NCBI GenBank assembly: GCA_034780895.1
Contig: JAUZTB010000002.1
Coordinates: forward strand, 61,666,101 to 61,730,100
Length of the DNA stretch: 64,000 nucleotides
DNA from: Rhynchobatus australiae
Taxonomy: Eukaryota
Direction: 5' to 3'
Every line of letters begins with the position of its first letter. Position 1 is the first letter of the stretch. Below are positions 42,420 through 55,215 of this stretch, piece by piece. The position numbers were made by a program, and so were the translations under genes. Below the pieces are notes generated by a model, which was given only the letters and a program-made list of their open reading frames with translations, was not told the origin of the DNA and searched no databases.

Positions 42420-42986
42420 GTCTAGAAAATTGGTCGGAGCATCAGCAGATGGAATTTAATCCTGACAAGTGCGAGATGATGTATTTTGGGAAGTCAAATA
42501 GGGGTAGCACATAAACAATAATTGGTAGGGCTTTAAGGAATGTTGATGAACAGAGGAACTTTGGGGTTCAAGTCCATCATTTTCTGAAACTGGCAACATG
42601 TGTAAATAGGGTGGTGAAAAATTTATATGGCATGCTTGTCTTCATTGGTCAGGGCTTAGAATATAAAAGATGGGAGGTTATGTTGCAATTTTACAAAACA
42701 TTGGTTAGACTGCACTTGGAGCATTGTGTTGCCACACTCTAGGAAGGAAGTGACTGCACTGGAGAACCTCATCAGGATGTTGACTGGATTGAGAATGGTT
42801 GATATGTGGAACAAGCGGCCAGGGAAGATAGTGGAATCAGACACAATTACTACATTTAGAGGCACTTAGAATAAGCAAAGCATAGAAGGATACAGATCCA
42901 ATGCAGGCAAATGGGATTAGTGTAACTGGGCAGAAAGGTCTGTGTGGACGGAGTGGGCCGAATGGCCTGTTTCTGTGCTGTATGAA
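42420..42986 (+). mobile_element. CR1-type LINE 3' fragment with internal deletions
   Basis: QMEFNPDKCEMMYFGKSN, LGVQVH and MLQFYKTLVRLHLEHC. 3' end gggccgaatggcctgtttctgtgctgtatg, ending ~90 bp from the TAF12 fragment. Confidence 0.85.
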
Positions 42987-43076
42987 TCAATGGCTCTTTG
43001 ACTCTAAATTACAAGAGATGTGAGCTAGTAATGATGCAACAAGCGATAAGGGCATATGGGAGTGAGAGAGCAGGCC

Positions 43077-43187
43077 ATGCAACTGTACATCCTTAACTTC
43101 CAGTGTGTTTGACTTCCGGTGACGTGCTAGTTGACAAGCAGCACTCACTACACTTTCAATAAAATCATCAGCAATCTGCAAAAGCAT
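43077..43187 (-). pseudogene. TAF12: Isolated TAF12 exon fragment (histone-fold region) with retained splice acceptor
   Basis: 37 codons [37 protein letters not shown], nearly identical to recalled vertebrate TAF12 ([37 protein letters not shown]). Preceded by ttttttctctcttgcatgcAG. Homology stops after QLH with no GT donor there. No other TAF12 exon was recognised. Confidence 0.85.
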
Positions 43188-44502
43188 CTGCATGCAAGAG
43201 AGAAAAAAGTATTGATTAAAGGCCCTTCATTTAGAGATATAATACAAGCATAATCATTTTGGGCTTCATTTAGATCACTCATGTTCAGAATGAAGTATCT
43301 TTTGCAATGAACCAATTTGCTTAAAAGTTTCCTGACACTCTGGAGGATCAAAACTTATGTGTCAGGATCAAAAACCATTCTTATTTTATACTTGATTTAC
43401 AGAATATAAAGTGTTACTCTTCCTTTCTTGAGAGCAAATTAAACAGGCAGGCAATGGTATTACAGCACCCCTCCACTGCAGTGCTCAAACTAAAACAGTG
43501 AAGAGTTAGTGTAGCAACAAACAATCTGCTGGAAGAACTCAGTGGGTTGAGCAGCATCTGTGGGAGGAAGGGANNNNNNNNNNNNNNNNNNNNNNNNNNN
43601 NNNNNNNNNNNNNNNNNNNNNNNNNNNNNNNNNNNNNNNNNNNNNNNNNNNNNNNNNNNNNNNNNNNNNNNNNAAAGATTTGTTTTAAAAATATGCAACA
43701 ATTATAGATCTCCACACTTATTGCAGTTAATCTCAATGTCACAGTAACACTTTCAATATCTCATAATAATTAAATCAAATCAATACTTATGAAATCTTTA
43801 AGTGGGGATGTAGATTTGGTGAGTTAACTTAAATATTCAGACAAGTTTATTCCTTGTCTATAGTGCAAACACAGGAACTTTATGCCACTTGAGGTATTTG
43901 ATTTGTGAACCAGACGGTAAGAATCATTTTCATGAGGTGAAGTGAAGAATAATGTTTCATCAATATTAATAACTGCAAATTCTGTTTAAGTTGCTGCTGT
44001 ATTTGAATCCAAGTAGTATATTGCACCATCTGCCTGTTAATTTTACAGCAAATTTTGGGTCAGTGTGATAAATTAAAATTTAGGTTTACTCAGATATCAA
44101 CTGGGGCAAAAATAACAGCCAAACGAATCAGATAAGAAACATACGTAACATATATAAATTGTATTTAAGAAAAATATGTTATCAATGGAAATAGAATTGA
44201 AATTTCTATTTTAATAAAGGTGTCATTAACATAGCAAAAGCAAGTGACATACAAGCAATGCATGGGTACCAGGAAAGACAAATATATTGATGGCTTCTCC
44301 TTCAAGATGGCCAAAGCTTTTACATCAGCCTCGTTTGCATTTGCTGTTAAATTTGATGCTGACATGAACCTTTTAGTTATATTGTTAAATTTTACATAAA
44401 GAGGAATAAAACATTCTTTTGCCTGAAGAATACAGATTGTGATGAAGTATATTCCAGAAAAAAATATTACATTGGACCATGTCAGCAATATTCAACTTTT
44501 TG

Positions 44503-44750
44503 AAGCAAAGAAACTGCAAGTGCTGGAAATCCAAAACATGCTGGAAACACTCAACGGGTAAAGCAGCATCAGTCGGGAGAAAAACTGAGTCAATGCCTTA
44601 GGCCAAGGTCCCTCCATCAGACTGGACATAATGCACTTTCACACTTTTCCAGTGCTGATAGAAGATCCAGGACATGAAGTGTCAATGCTCTTCCCTTCTT
44701 TATGATTCCCTTCTTGGCCCGTTGAATGCTTCAGGCATTTTTTGTTCTCC
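44503..44750. mobile_element. Old Penelope-terminus fold-back pair
   Basis: Left arm atgctggaaacactcaacggg...ccatcagactgga. Right arm tccagtgctgata...cccgttgaatgcttcaggcat. Confidence 0.55.
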
Positions 44751-45029
44751 TTTGAACTATTTGGAGCAGGAATCTGATGAATTTCATAAGAAGAGCAACA
44801 TGGAAGCATGACATTTAGTCTGCCTATCGCATAACAGTGTTCATCTTTCCTGGGAGCAGAAGTTCAAATTTTTTGCTTGCTAATTACAAAACTTTTTAAG
44901 TAGTCTGCCTATACAATCACTGATCTAACCTACTCTAATAAGCTATCATCGATTCTGTTTCAATAGCTAAGTATCATCCTTGGCCTATCGGCAATATTCT
45001 TATCTCTGAATTAGAAAGGTATGGTTTCT

Positions 45030-45385
45030 GTATTAGAAAGGCACTCAACTCTGGAGCATGTAACCAAGGCCATCACTTCAAAGCAGAAATGAGTGAGTGC
45101 TGCACCCACAGAGATGTTGTGTTTTGGATGAATTCTCGTGAATGCAAAATATACCATAGGACTAATTAAAGAAGTGGAGCTTTTCCAGACTTCTGGGCCA
45201 GATTTATCTCTCAACCAACAGTACATAAAAGTGATTACCTGGTCACTATTATTCACTGTTGTGTGTAATTTGACTGCTGTGCTTCTCATTTCTTGGTAAC
45301 AATATCAATGCTTCACAAGAATTTCATTGGCTATGAATCACTTCTGGAAATCCTGAGATAATGAAAAACATTATATAAACACACA
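45030..45385 (+). mobile_element. Deu-domain SINE, decayed
   Basis: atttatctctcaaccaaca...gattacctggtcactatt...ttcattggctatgaatcacttctggaaatcctgag. Confidence 0.55.
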
Positions 45386-47419
45386 CCCTTCGTCATTCCA
45401 GTAATGTTTTCCACAATCATTCAATCCTGTCTGTTCTTTTACTCCCTGTTCTAAATCTCTTACATTTTATCTTGTAACCACACCCTCCTCATTCTAAAAC
45501 ACAAATTCATGGGAGATAGTTTGCATCTACCTGTTCACCCACCCCTTTAATATTTTAAACATCTCTTTCACATTATTACATAATTTTCCCAGTTCCACTG
45601 AAAACAGTGCCAACTATGCAACATACCCTCTCTATATTGCCTGGATGCTCTGCATAATATGAAGTTCAAAATTGCTTAATACACCAGCTGTGATCTTACT
45701 AATGTTAATCCAAACAAAATGTTGAACTGGCCATAAAAATTAAACCATCAAATATACTACACTTATCAGATTAGTAAATGGTATTTGTCTACTTGTAGTT
45801 TACAGAAGATTGTAACACAAGTACACAGAAGTCTCCATTGTTTTAATATATGTATGATGTTGGAACAAATCTGAGCATAATACTAAAGCAAAACTGATAG
45901 GAGGAAGGAATAGCCCTTTCAATATTTGAGAAGAAAAATAATAGTTTAATCTCTTAGACTGAAATCTTTCTGAGTTTACCTTATGTGAAATTCTGAACAA
46001 GCATATTTATAATAGTTTTTCAGTTAAATCATAAAACCTTGTTCTTTATTAAAATTTGTATTTAACTTACTGTTGTGTACTTTGTCAAATTGCAGATTTA
46101 TGAATGAAGTCATCAACATTTGTCTGTTTACAAGAAATATGCACAGTAATGAATTAGCTTCAGGTGTAGGACACAAAAGTAACAACTCTAAATTTGCTCT
46201 CTGTGCTTTCTTGAGAGTCACATTCTTAGGTACCTTTTAAACATAGCCATCTGTGTGTAATTAGAAGCAATGTGTCAGCTACTGAGCATACCTATGTCAC
46301 AGGGCAAAAGGCTGAAATTGATCCCCAGGAACAAAATTCTGGATCTAATCCACTGCAGAATTTCAAGTGAGTCTATCCTTAAACCAGACAGGTTAGATGT
46401 CAATTTTGGTTTCCAACATTTCACATAAACCTCCAAAAATACCACCTTTATTGCTCAGAAAATACATTCAAACAGAGCTTCAAAAACTTTTACGATAAGT
46501 TCAAGAATTAAACCTCTAATTGTTATATCAAACTTATGATCAAATAAACTGGGAAACACTGTTTATCCTAGGACGGGAGCCAAATGAAATTGCTACAGAT
46601 GATGATTTTTATTTTGCCAGTGGATTCACCACTTTTGATACTGCTATGGCCAGTTTTTTCAGCACTTTCACTATAAAAATGAAACAAATCAAATTTATTC
46701 AGATCCAAAGCTGACTAAATGTCTAGTTAAAAGGCCACAAACATATATTATCACATCATATGAGGTGCAACACTTATGCCAGAATAAACTACCATATCAT
46801 TCTACACACTTGTTGCTATTAAAATCCAAAGTAAATATTAGAATTCCTGCAGAGAGATCCACATAACCAAAGAGCTGTGTAGTCCAACTATAGTTTCCAA
46901 AGTTATCTTCTTGATCTTACAATACTGACCCTTGGCTGTTTACAATTCTTTCAGGCATTGGCTAGGTATCACAGGATTAAGTGATGGTGCCTCTGGACTC
47001 AATTTTCAGTTATGCATTCACTTATTTTCTTCTAATGTTTGTGAGTGTAGGAAAAATCCAATGACTCAATTACTGTCCTTATAAAGCAAACAGATTAAAA
47101 GTTAAACTAAGTTGTAAAACAACCTCTACTAAATTCTGCTACAAAAAGGGGAAGGAAGATTGTGAAGATATAGCAAGATCAGACAATGGTTTTAATGTAT
47201 TTCTAGATACAGTAGAGAAAACCTTCAAATGATGCAAGTAACAACAGGAAATCCCACAGAATCCTTCTGGAGGAATGAATAAAAATAATATGTAATCATC
47301 TTGCCATATGTTGGTGAAGGGAAACCATCTGATAATCTCTCCATTCTCTCCAAATTTTTTTGGGATACAAGCTTTCTGAAGTTAATCCTCAACATGGAGG
47401 AATTATCAGCCACTAAGAA

Positions 47420-47850
47420 TTTTAGAACACAAAGAGAACATTGGAAGCACTCAGCAGTGAGGCAGCATAGGAAAGGAGAGAAACAGAGTTGACATTTTCA
47501 GGGAAGGACCTTTCACTGGTGAAGCAAGAAAACAAAATATTCTGGAAATACTCAGCAAATCAAGCCGTACACAAATTAAGTTAATGGTTCAGGTCTAAGA
47601 CCCTTCACCAGAACTGGGAAGGAGAGAATAGAAGCTCGTTAAGCTGCATCAAAGGTGGGGTAATGTCTCTGATAGGGTAAAACTGGGGTGCCCATGGGGA
47701 TAAGCTGTAAATAAGGTTATCTACTCAATGAGTGAATGGGAGCAGTTACTCATGGACAAAATAACATACACAAAATAACACAGAAGTTTCAAGAGAGAAA
47801 ACAAGCCTGTCTTTTGTTGTGAATTTCCAGGATCTGCAGTTTTTTGCTCC
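47420..47850. mobile_element. Cluster of decayed Penelope-type termini
   Basis: Two tandem copies of ...aaacagagttgacattttcagg / ttcaggtctaagacccttcaccagaactggg, plus an opposed end ttccaggatctgcagttttttgc. Confidence 0.5.
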
Positions 47851-50839
47851 AATTGAGAACTTTGGCTCTGGTATTTATAATTTTCTCTGTAGACCATGCT
47901 TTTGTGCTTAAAATTGGTTGGTACTTTCCCTATATCTGTGGTCCACCCACGTAACCTGAAGAGTATCTATCGTTCAGGTCACCTTTTTGACTGCTGCCTG
48001 TTCAACAGGCCCTCCTTGTTTGTGATTATGCCAGTCTCATCCTTTTCATGAGCCTCACTACTCTCTGAGGCACACTCCTGCTCCCTCAAACCTTGACCAC
48101 TCATAATCGGAAGAATTTTCATGAGGAATGAGGTAAGTACAACCCCTGAATCTTACAGAGGGTGAAAATATATTTTTTAAATAGAACTAAACACAAAGTC
48201 AGCAAATATTAATTGAATCCAATGCTGGAATAAATCTCTTTTTACTAAAAATTATAGGTGGAAAGCCAAAAATGGTGTACTAAATACAGTAATGTAATGT
48301 TTCAACCTTAAAATTTCTAAACCTTTAAACTTTAAAACCTGGAAGTGGCATTCAAACTTGCACAGTGACCTGCATATTCACAGTTGTGCACAAATGGCAG
48401 ACCATGAGCTTTGAAGTAAAGCCCCAATTTTCATTCAAGTTTTTTTGCAGGAATTTGCTTCATGATAAAAAAAACATGGAATTATGCAAACCAACTTCTT
48501 AAGAACAGTGTAAAAATCTTGTGAAAATTTCGTTCTTGCAGCTTAACAAAATAATCAGTAATATTTTGGATACCAAACATATTTCAATCAGTGGATATTA
48601 CCTCAAATTTGCGATGATAATCATTTTGGATGGATGTAAAAGACATTATAGTTTTATTCAAAGTCCTGGGAGAAGTGTTCTCCCAGGATTTTGGGCAATG
48701 CTTATCCATTAACCAATGCTCCCGAAACATATTATCCAATCATTTGGCTCAATTGCAGGCTGTTTCGGTATATGAATTGGTTGCCAAATGTAAATTAGTG
48801 ACTGGGCAACATTTTGGTATGTATTGAGGATATGACAGTTTTCTTTCCCTTCTGTTGATTAAAAACATAGAAAACTCAGATGCCTCAATAATGCTCATGG
48901 TGCCTTTTGACTCAGTTTAATTTTAAATGCTTTTGGGTGACTATTATCTGAAATTTTACTCTTGGGAACTGAATTCATTTGAAAAAACAAAATCAATTCA
49001 GAATCTGACCTTCGACTAAAATTTTTGNNNNNNNNNNNNNNNNNNNNNNNNNNNNNNNNNNNNNNNNNNNNNNNNNNNNNNNNNNNNNNNNNNNNNNNNN
49101 NNNNNNNNNNNNNNNNNNNNNNNNNNNTCAGAATCTGACCTTCGACTAAAATTTTTGAAAAAAAACACAAATATTTTAACAAATATATTTTGTCCTACAC
49201 TCTACAGATTTACAGTATAAACTGCTGAATAAATTGCTTGCCATACACTTTCAAAGGACATGCAAAGCAAAGAAATAGTTACTCACATGGCCATTTACTT
49301 CATGATTTGTTGAGTTACTTCAATGGCTATCAGATCTGTTTTTACTCTGCTCCATCATGCAAGCAGCTCTTTGGCCATAAATCTGATTAGTTTCTTTTAA
49401 GTGGATTATAGAGCTACTGGAAATTTCTAGCTCCATGATTGAAGGCCATTTAGAAAATTTACAAATCGTTGATAAAAATCAGTTCTGCAGTTTACTTATA
49501 AACGTAATAATGTGAATGTCACTGCCAAAAATCCAATTTTAAAGGACGGCAGAAATCACCATTGATATCTGCAGTAGCATTTGTAATAGAGTGCTCTACT
49601 ACACAAATAGAGCACTTGCATTAAGAGTAAAATGTGAAAGGTAGCTTTTGAAACTAACAATTTCTAATTTTGAAGTGGACTTTGGAGGGAATAGGAAGTT
49701 AATTGGGAGAACATTTTGATCAACTTTGAATTTCAAGATCCAGATTGATTCATCTATTTTTGCTAAATATTAGTTAATTAGTTTTGAGAGATGAAAGCAC
49801 TTTAAACTGATTAGAATGCAGAGCAATACCAGGCACACTTCTGTTAGCATACTGAAAACTAAAATAGCACTCTCATCTCACTTTGAGAGCTGGTGAATGT
49901 TTCTTAAGCAAGGCAGAAAAGTCGTATTCCTTGGATATGTATAAAATATCTTCTTGATACTAGATTATCACCCCACAAATACAAGAATTCATGCAGTAAA
50001 TTGTGGCAGTTAATTAAAAGAAAGGCTGCAAAAGTTAACAGTTACCTACATTATTCACAGTGGTCTCAGAAAACCTGCCACAAAGTTATTTATGCTGGGA
50101 GCATTCCATTTAAAAGTTCAGGGTCACAAACTTTCACGCCTGAGCTCCTTAAGACTGTAAAACCACTGTACTGTTTTACAGGTCTTGTTAACCTAGTCAC
50201 TTTGTTTGACTGAGGTAGGTTCAACTCATGCTACATTAACAGCAAAGGGTTCTTGAGTGAAGGTCAGTAACCACATTTTAGGGGATTATAACACTTCCTA
50301 TACAACACTTTACAGTTGTTAGGTGAAGACTAATTCCTGTTCATTTCAATTTGATCTCAGAACAGAGAACAATCATTTAAGGTGTAGTCATGTATTTCTC
50401 AAGTAGAAACTACTGCATTAGTGTTACCCCAGAGTAATTCAGAACAATTGCTTTTACAAAGTTAGGTAGAGAACACTTAGTATGTTACCTGTCATACAAT
50501 TATTTGGATTTAAAATTCATGCTTTGATGCAGAAATTGCATTTGTGCAATATAAATTATTTTAATTTGCATCAATTACAATATATTACAAACATCATTCC
50601 AACACATTTCAGAGAAGACTTATGTAATTGTCTACTCAGATATAATAACTTTCACTACATTTTTAAATCTATCAGTTGGTAAACCATTCAAAAAATCGTT
50701 ACAAATATTAAATATATATGACATTTATTATTCCTGGGTAATGCTGAATCTCAAAGGACCAACAAATTGCTTTACATAAAAAGAGGTGAGAATGTTAGAC
50801 TCTAAGTCTTCTTTGCTTGACTTGGAGAACTGGAGAATA

Positions 50840-50945
50840 AAATGGGATGAATATAGGATTGGTGAAGATGGGTGCTTGATGATCAGCACCGACTTGGTGG
50901 GTTGTAGGGCCCATTTCAGTGCTGTGTGACTCTATGACTCTATGG
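50840..50945 (+). mobile_element. CR1-type 3' terminus
   Basis: ggtgggttgtagggcccatttcagtgctgtgtgactctatgactctatg (hairpin plus 8-mer tail). Confidence 0.65.
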
Positions 50946-52736
50946 AAGTGCATATATGTTTCATTTATTGCATTTCCTTTCACCTTCATCTCTTCAAAAT
51001 GCTATATTAAAAATGTTGAATACAATAGCCTTTAACAAATTGATGTTTGCTGTCCTTGATTAAGCTATATATTTCTAAATTAATTTTATATTGAATTATG
51101 ACTTCTAAGAGATTATCTGCAACTAACATTAGTTTTAATCTGTTTGAGAGTACCTAATCTTTCCAACTGAGAAACTGTAAAGAGCAGTGAAAGGAATCAC
51201 CCTAATCAGAACAAACTGGTACTAATTCTAGGTTAGCCAATAAAAAGTGATTTGTAAAAGTTACTAAATCCTGGACCATCATTAGCCAGATTTCAAGATG
51301 CAATTTTACAGGAAACACAAGCTTGCATAGATAAAAGTAACAACAAATTGGATCAACGTAGGTTGTTATGCCAGGTATATCTTCAGATCACATTTTGGAC
51401 ATTCTTTTATATATATGTGATTCCTATAATCATTGGTAAAAGCTTAAATTCAAATNNNNNNNNNNNNNNNNNNNNNNNNNNNNNNNNNNNNNNNNNNNNN
51501 NNNNNNNNNNNNNNNNNNNNNNNNNNNNNNNNNNNNNNNNNNNNNNNNNNNNNNNNNNNNNNNNNNNNNNNNNNNNNNNNNNNNNNNNNNNNNNNNNNNN
51601 NNNNNNNNNNNNNNNNNNNNNNNNNNNNNNNNNNATAAGTGCCTCTGAGATAATTGTAACATATTTATTGTTGATGACACTATCTAAAAGTTTGTTTGAA
51701 TGCAAAACCTTCATACACTTCAATGGTATATTGTGGTTCATAAAGCAAACATTTAAATTTCAGCTTAATGTGCATGCTCTATTCTTAGCAGGCTTTGCTA
51801 TTAAGAAAACAAACTTATTGCCGCCAATAGCTCAGCTGATAGTGTGCCACCCTAAGTAATATTGAGCTATGCAGGCCAGGAATGTTCCCAATTCAATATT
51901 CTATGTGGAGTTAACCAATGTCAGGTGCAGCAACAAGAATGGCACCATGCTGGCTCTAGTGCCCCTGTGGCCTCAAAGCCCCAACAACGAAAGGGAAAGA
52001 AACAATATTGTCTGGCAATGCAACCATTGATTGCCATTCAATGACCTGCTGGGGAATGTGCACATCTGACAAAGTTATGGTTGTTTTTCTGCTCATAAGC
52101 TTCAACATAACACTCTCCACACAAAAAAAACTACCAGCAGTCAAAGTTTCAGCCTAAAACTGAAGATGTAAACAAATAAAGAATGAGAAACTGGGCCGCT
52201 TTAGGATGAAAAATAAAACCAAGGAGCCTTGAAAACAAATAGTACTGAACAAAACGAAAGAAAATAATTACAGTTAGGATTCATACATTCTAAAAAAAGA
52301 AACATGTCTTTCACCAGCCTTCAGCAAGAACTTTTCTTCAAAGTAGGGAGAATTGAACCTTGAGTACTGTGAGACAACTATTTCCAATTCTACAGAAAAT
52401 ATATGACAGGATTTTAGAACTTTAGGAACAATTTCACAGCCTAGTATAGATAAAAATCAACTTTGCCCATTGGTTGTTGACCTAAAACATCAAAATATGT
52501 TTTGTTTCAAAGGAAGAGCATTCTTAAATGTGGTCCAAATGAAAATAAAAATATCATTAAATATGTGTGTAATTCAATGTCAAGTTTTTTTTGTAAGGTC
52601 TTAAAAATCTGACATGACAATGTTTCAGCCATTTGGTCACTCAGCAAGGCACTGCTCCTTTAGCCTTGAAAACCCACTGGCAGGAAAAATACAACTCAAT
52701 TAACAGATGTCTTTTCACCTCTGTCATTAACACCTC

Positions 52737-52767
52737 TTAACATTCCAAGTGTCACTTGGAATGTTAA
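52737..52767. repeat. Perfect 15-bp inverted repeat with 1-nt spacer
   Basis: ttaacattccaagtg-t-cacttggaatgttaa read directly from the sequence. Confidence 0.95.
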
Positions 52768-54220
52768 TTTATTACACGAGTAAATGTACTAGTAATAACT
52801 ACATTTTGATTCATTAAAACAGAGCAGTGGCACTTTTTTTGTTCCAGCTGCACTTTCCTCCTCCCTCTGACCCTGCTTAGACCTCCACCCACCACCACAG
52901 TTGCAAAAGAATAACAGGAGAATTTAGACATACTGTGTTAATCAGCTGGTACTCCAGGCTATTAACATTCTAGACCTTCCAACATGAAAGTGCCACTTGA
53001 TTTCATTCAACACTCTTTATCACATGGGTCAAATCACTGAAACTTCTACATTTAACTACACACCTTTTTAAAGTTTATATTTACATTGGCAAGTGTACAC
53101 CATTCCTCCCATTTTTCCTCCTAAAACATTTTTTGTAATCAAAAACACGGAGCTGGGGAAGCATGCATGTTTCTACATTGGAAGAGATGTAAGAAAATAA
53201 TTTCAACAACTGCCCTCAGCTTGTAGTTTTTTCAATGGTTCAGGTTAAAATATTTTTGCTTAAACCTATTATTAGCATGTACCAAACTAATTTGTTAAGG
53301 TAGTAGGCACAAAAACACCCATTTTGTCAATAAGTATCCATCATAGAAAAACAGTTAATGACCATATTATGAAAGAAAAATATTGTAACAGAAAACAAAT
53401 CAACCAAACTGAAAATAGCGTTTTGTCAGCAACTTCCGGCATTAACTGTAACAAGAAGTTCTTGTTGCTCACGTTGTACTTAGATTTTAATTATTTTGCT
53501 TTGAATTCATGGTATAATAAAACCAGTTGTTAGGAAAATGTCACTCTTAGAATACCTGCACGTGTCTGTAATCTTAAGGGCAATTCAATAAATTGCTTAT
53601 GTTCTGAAAATGGAGTGCAGGAGATACAATAACACACTGGTTTGTATTTGTGCAATTTTAAGGAAAAGTAAATAATCCATAATTCATATAGAACTATTAT
53701 ATGCTAAGAAAATACTGTTCATTATTTTTCTTCACCAAATTTCTTCCTTTGCTCCTTTCCTGACAGCACTGGCTCCCCTGCCTGGCTTCAGTTCCACTGT
53801 TATCCTCCAGCAGACAGAAACATATACCGTCTTGACTCTTTTTTTCATCTATGAGCCAAGACGTTGAGTCTCTGCTGGTTACTTGGTCATGGGGGCATCA
53901 TGTTGCAGCCCAATTCTGTCAACACCCAATAACTCTTTCAGTAGGGGACAGTGAACAAGAACGGAAACCCTAGTTAAATTTCTCCCCTCAAATTCATGGT
54001 AACAGTCCTGCTCCAGAAACTTCAGCTAAATATCTCCAGCTAAGAACTCCAGTGAAGTAATGAGGCATCACTGCATCAATGGCAGTGTGGGATGAGATTT
54101 TAAACTTGGCCCATAGTATGNNNNNNNNNNNNNNNNNNNNNNNNNNNNNNNNNNNNNNNNNNNNNNNNNNNNNNNNNNNNNNNNNNNNNNNNNNNNNNNN
54201 NNNNNNNNNNNNNNNNNNNN

Positions 54221-54495
54221 CACAGGGGTATATGAAAAGATCTCTGGAACAATTATAAAAAAACAGCCGTGGTGTTCTCCACCAATATTTTTCCTAATAC
54301 TTAGCTCTTAAGCAAGACATTAAAACAGATTATCTGATCAATCAGCATCAGTTTGTTGCTTGGGAGGCTTTGCCATATGCAAACTGGCTTCTGCATTTCT
54401 TAATTTACAACAGAGACCACATTTCAGGAAATTGGCTTTAATGTGTTTTGGGACACCTTGAGGTTAGCAAAAGGTGTTAAATGAATACAATTTTG
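54221..54495 (+). mobile_element. Deu-domain SINE, decayed
   Basis: ttaaaacagattatctgatc...gggaggctttgccatatgcaaactggct...ttgggacaccttgagg. Confidence 0.6.
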
Positions 54496-54974
54496 CATTT
54501 TCCTATTCTACTTAACTGAGAACAGGGATCAGGTATTCTGTTTGTATGCCATTTCTGGATAAGCATTTCGAAATCAAGAAAGTCATCCTTTTTTTAACTC
54601 AAATCATGTTGCCGTGAAACAGAGATCTTGGGAGTTTCAAAAAACTTCAGAACAAAATGTGGAATATGGCAGTTTTTTTTTACTCAAAATAATAACTCTA
54701 TGGTAAGTATTTAGATAATTCAATGCATTGAAAGAATTCTCATTGTCTGTAATGTTTTGTGCAGCCTTTCATTATGTATTAAAGTAATTCAACTATAATC
54801 AATATTAACAGATCGGAAGTAACATATACCCAACTGGACTTTTTAAGGTTCTCTTAAAAATTTACCAACCTTCTTCTGCACCTTGCCAAATAAAATCTAC
54901 TCTGCATTTAAATATCTGGAACTCCCAAGAGTAAAAGACATAACCAAGGACTGGTTGCTGACTTATAATTTGAT

Positions 54975-55215
54975 AAATTGGTAAACTAGTTTATTATTGT
55001 CACATGTACCGAGATACAGTGAAAAACTCTGTTTTGCATGCCATCCATACAGATCATTTCATTACAACACTGCATTGAGATAATACACGGGAAAGCAATA
55101 ACAGAATGCAGAATAAATTGTTACATTTACAGAGAAAGTGCAGTGCAGGCAGGCAATGAGGTGCAAGGCCACAACGAGGCAGATTATATGGTCAAGAGTC
55201 TATCTTATTATACTG
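54975..55215 (-). mobile_element. Short Rex1-type LINE 3' end
   Basis: ttggtaaactagtttattattgtcacatgtaccgagatacagtgaaaaac...ggtcaagagtctatcttat. Reverse complement of the 20.7 kb copy's family. Confidence 0.65.

Noticed and set aside
42405-42428. Minus-strand ttttctAG-ACAGTGGAAC (RQWN), resembling the start of the next TAF12 exon
   Set aside because: Only four residues match, it does not continue as MWIPGF, and it sits at a CR1/CR1 junction. Chance match.
42987-43193. The 68-aa ORF as a functional stand-alone TAF12 gene
   Set aside because: Lacks the N- and C-terminal exons, and the tail after QLH is unrelated sequence.
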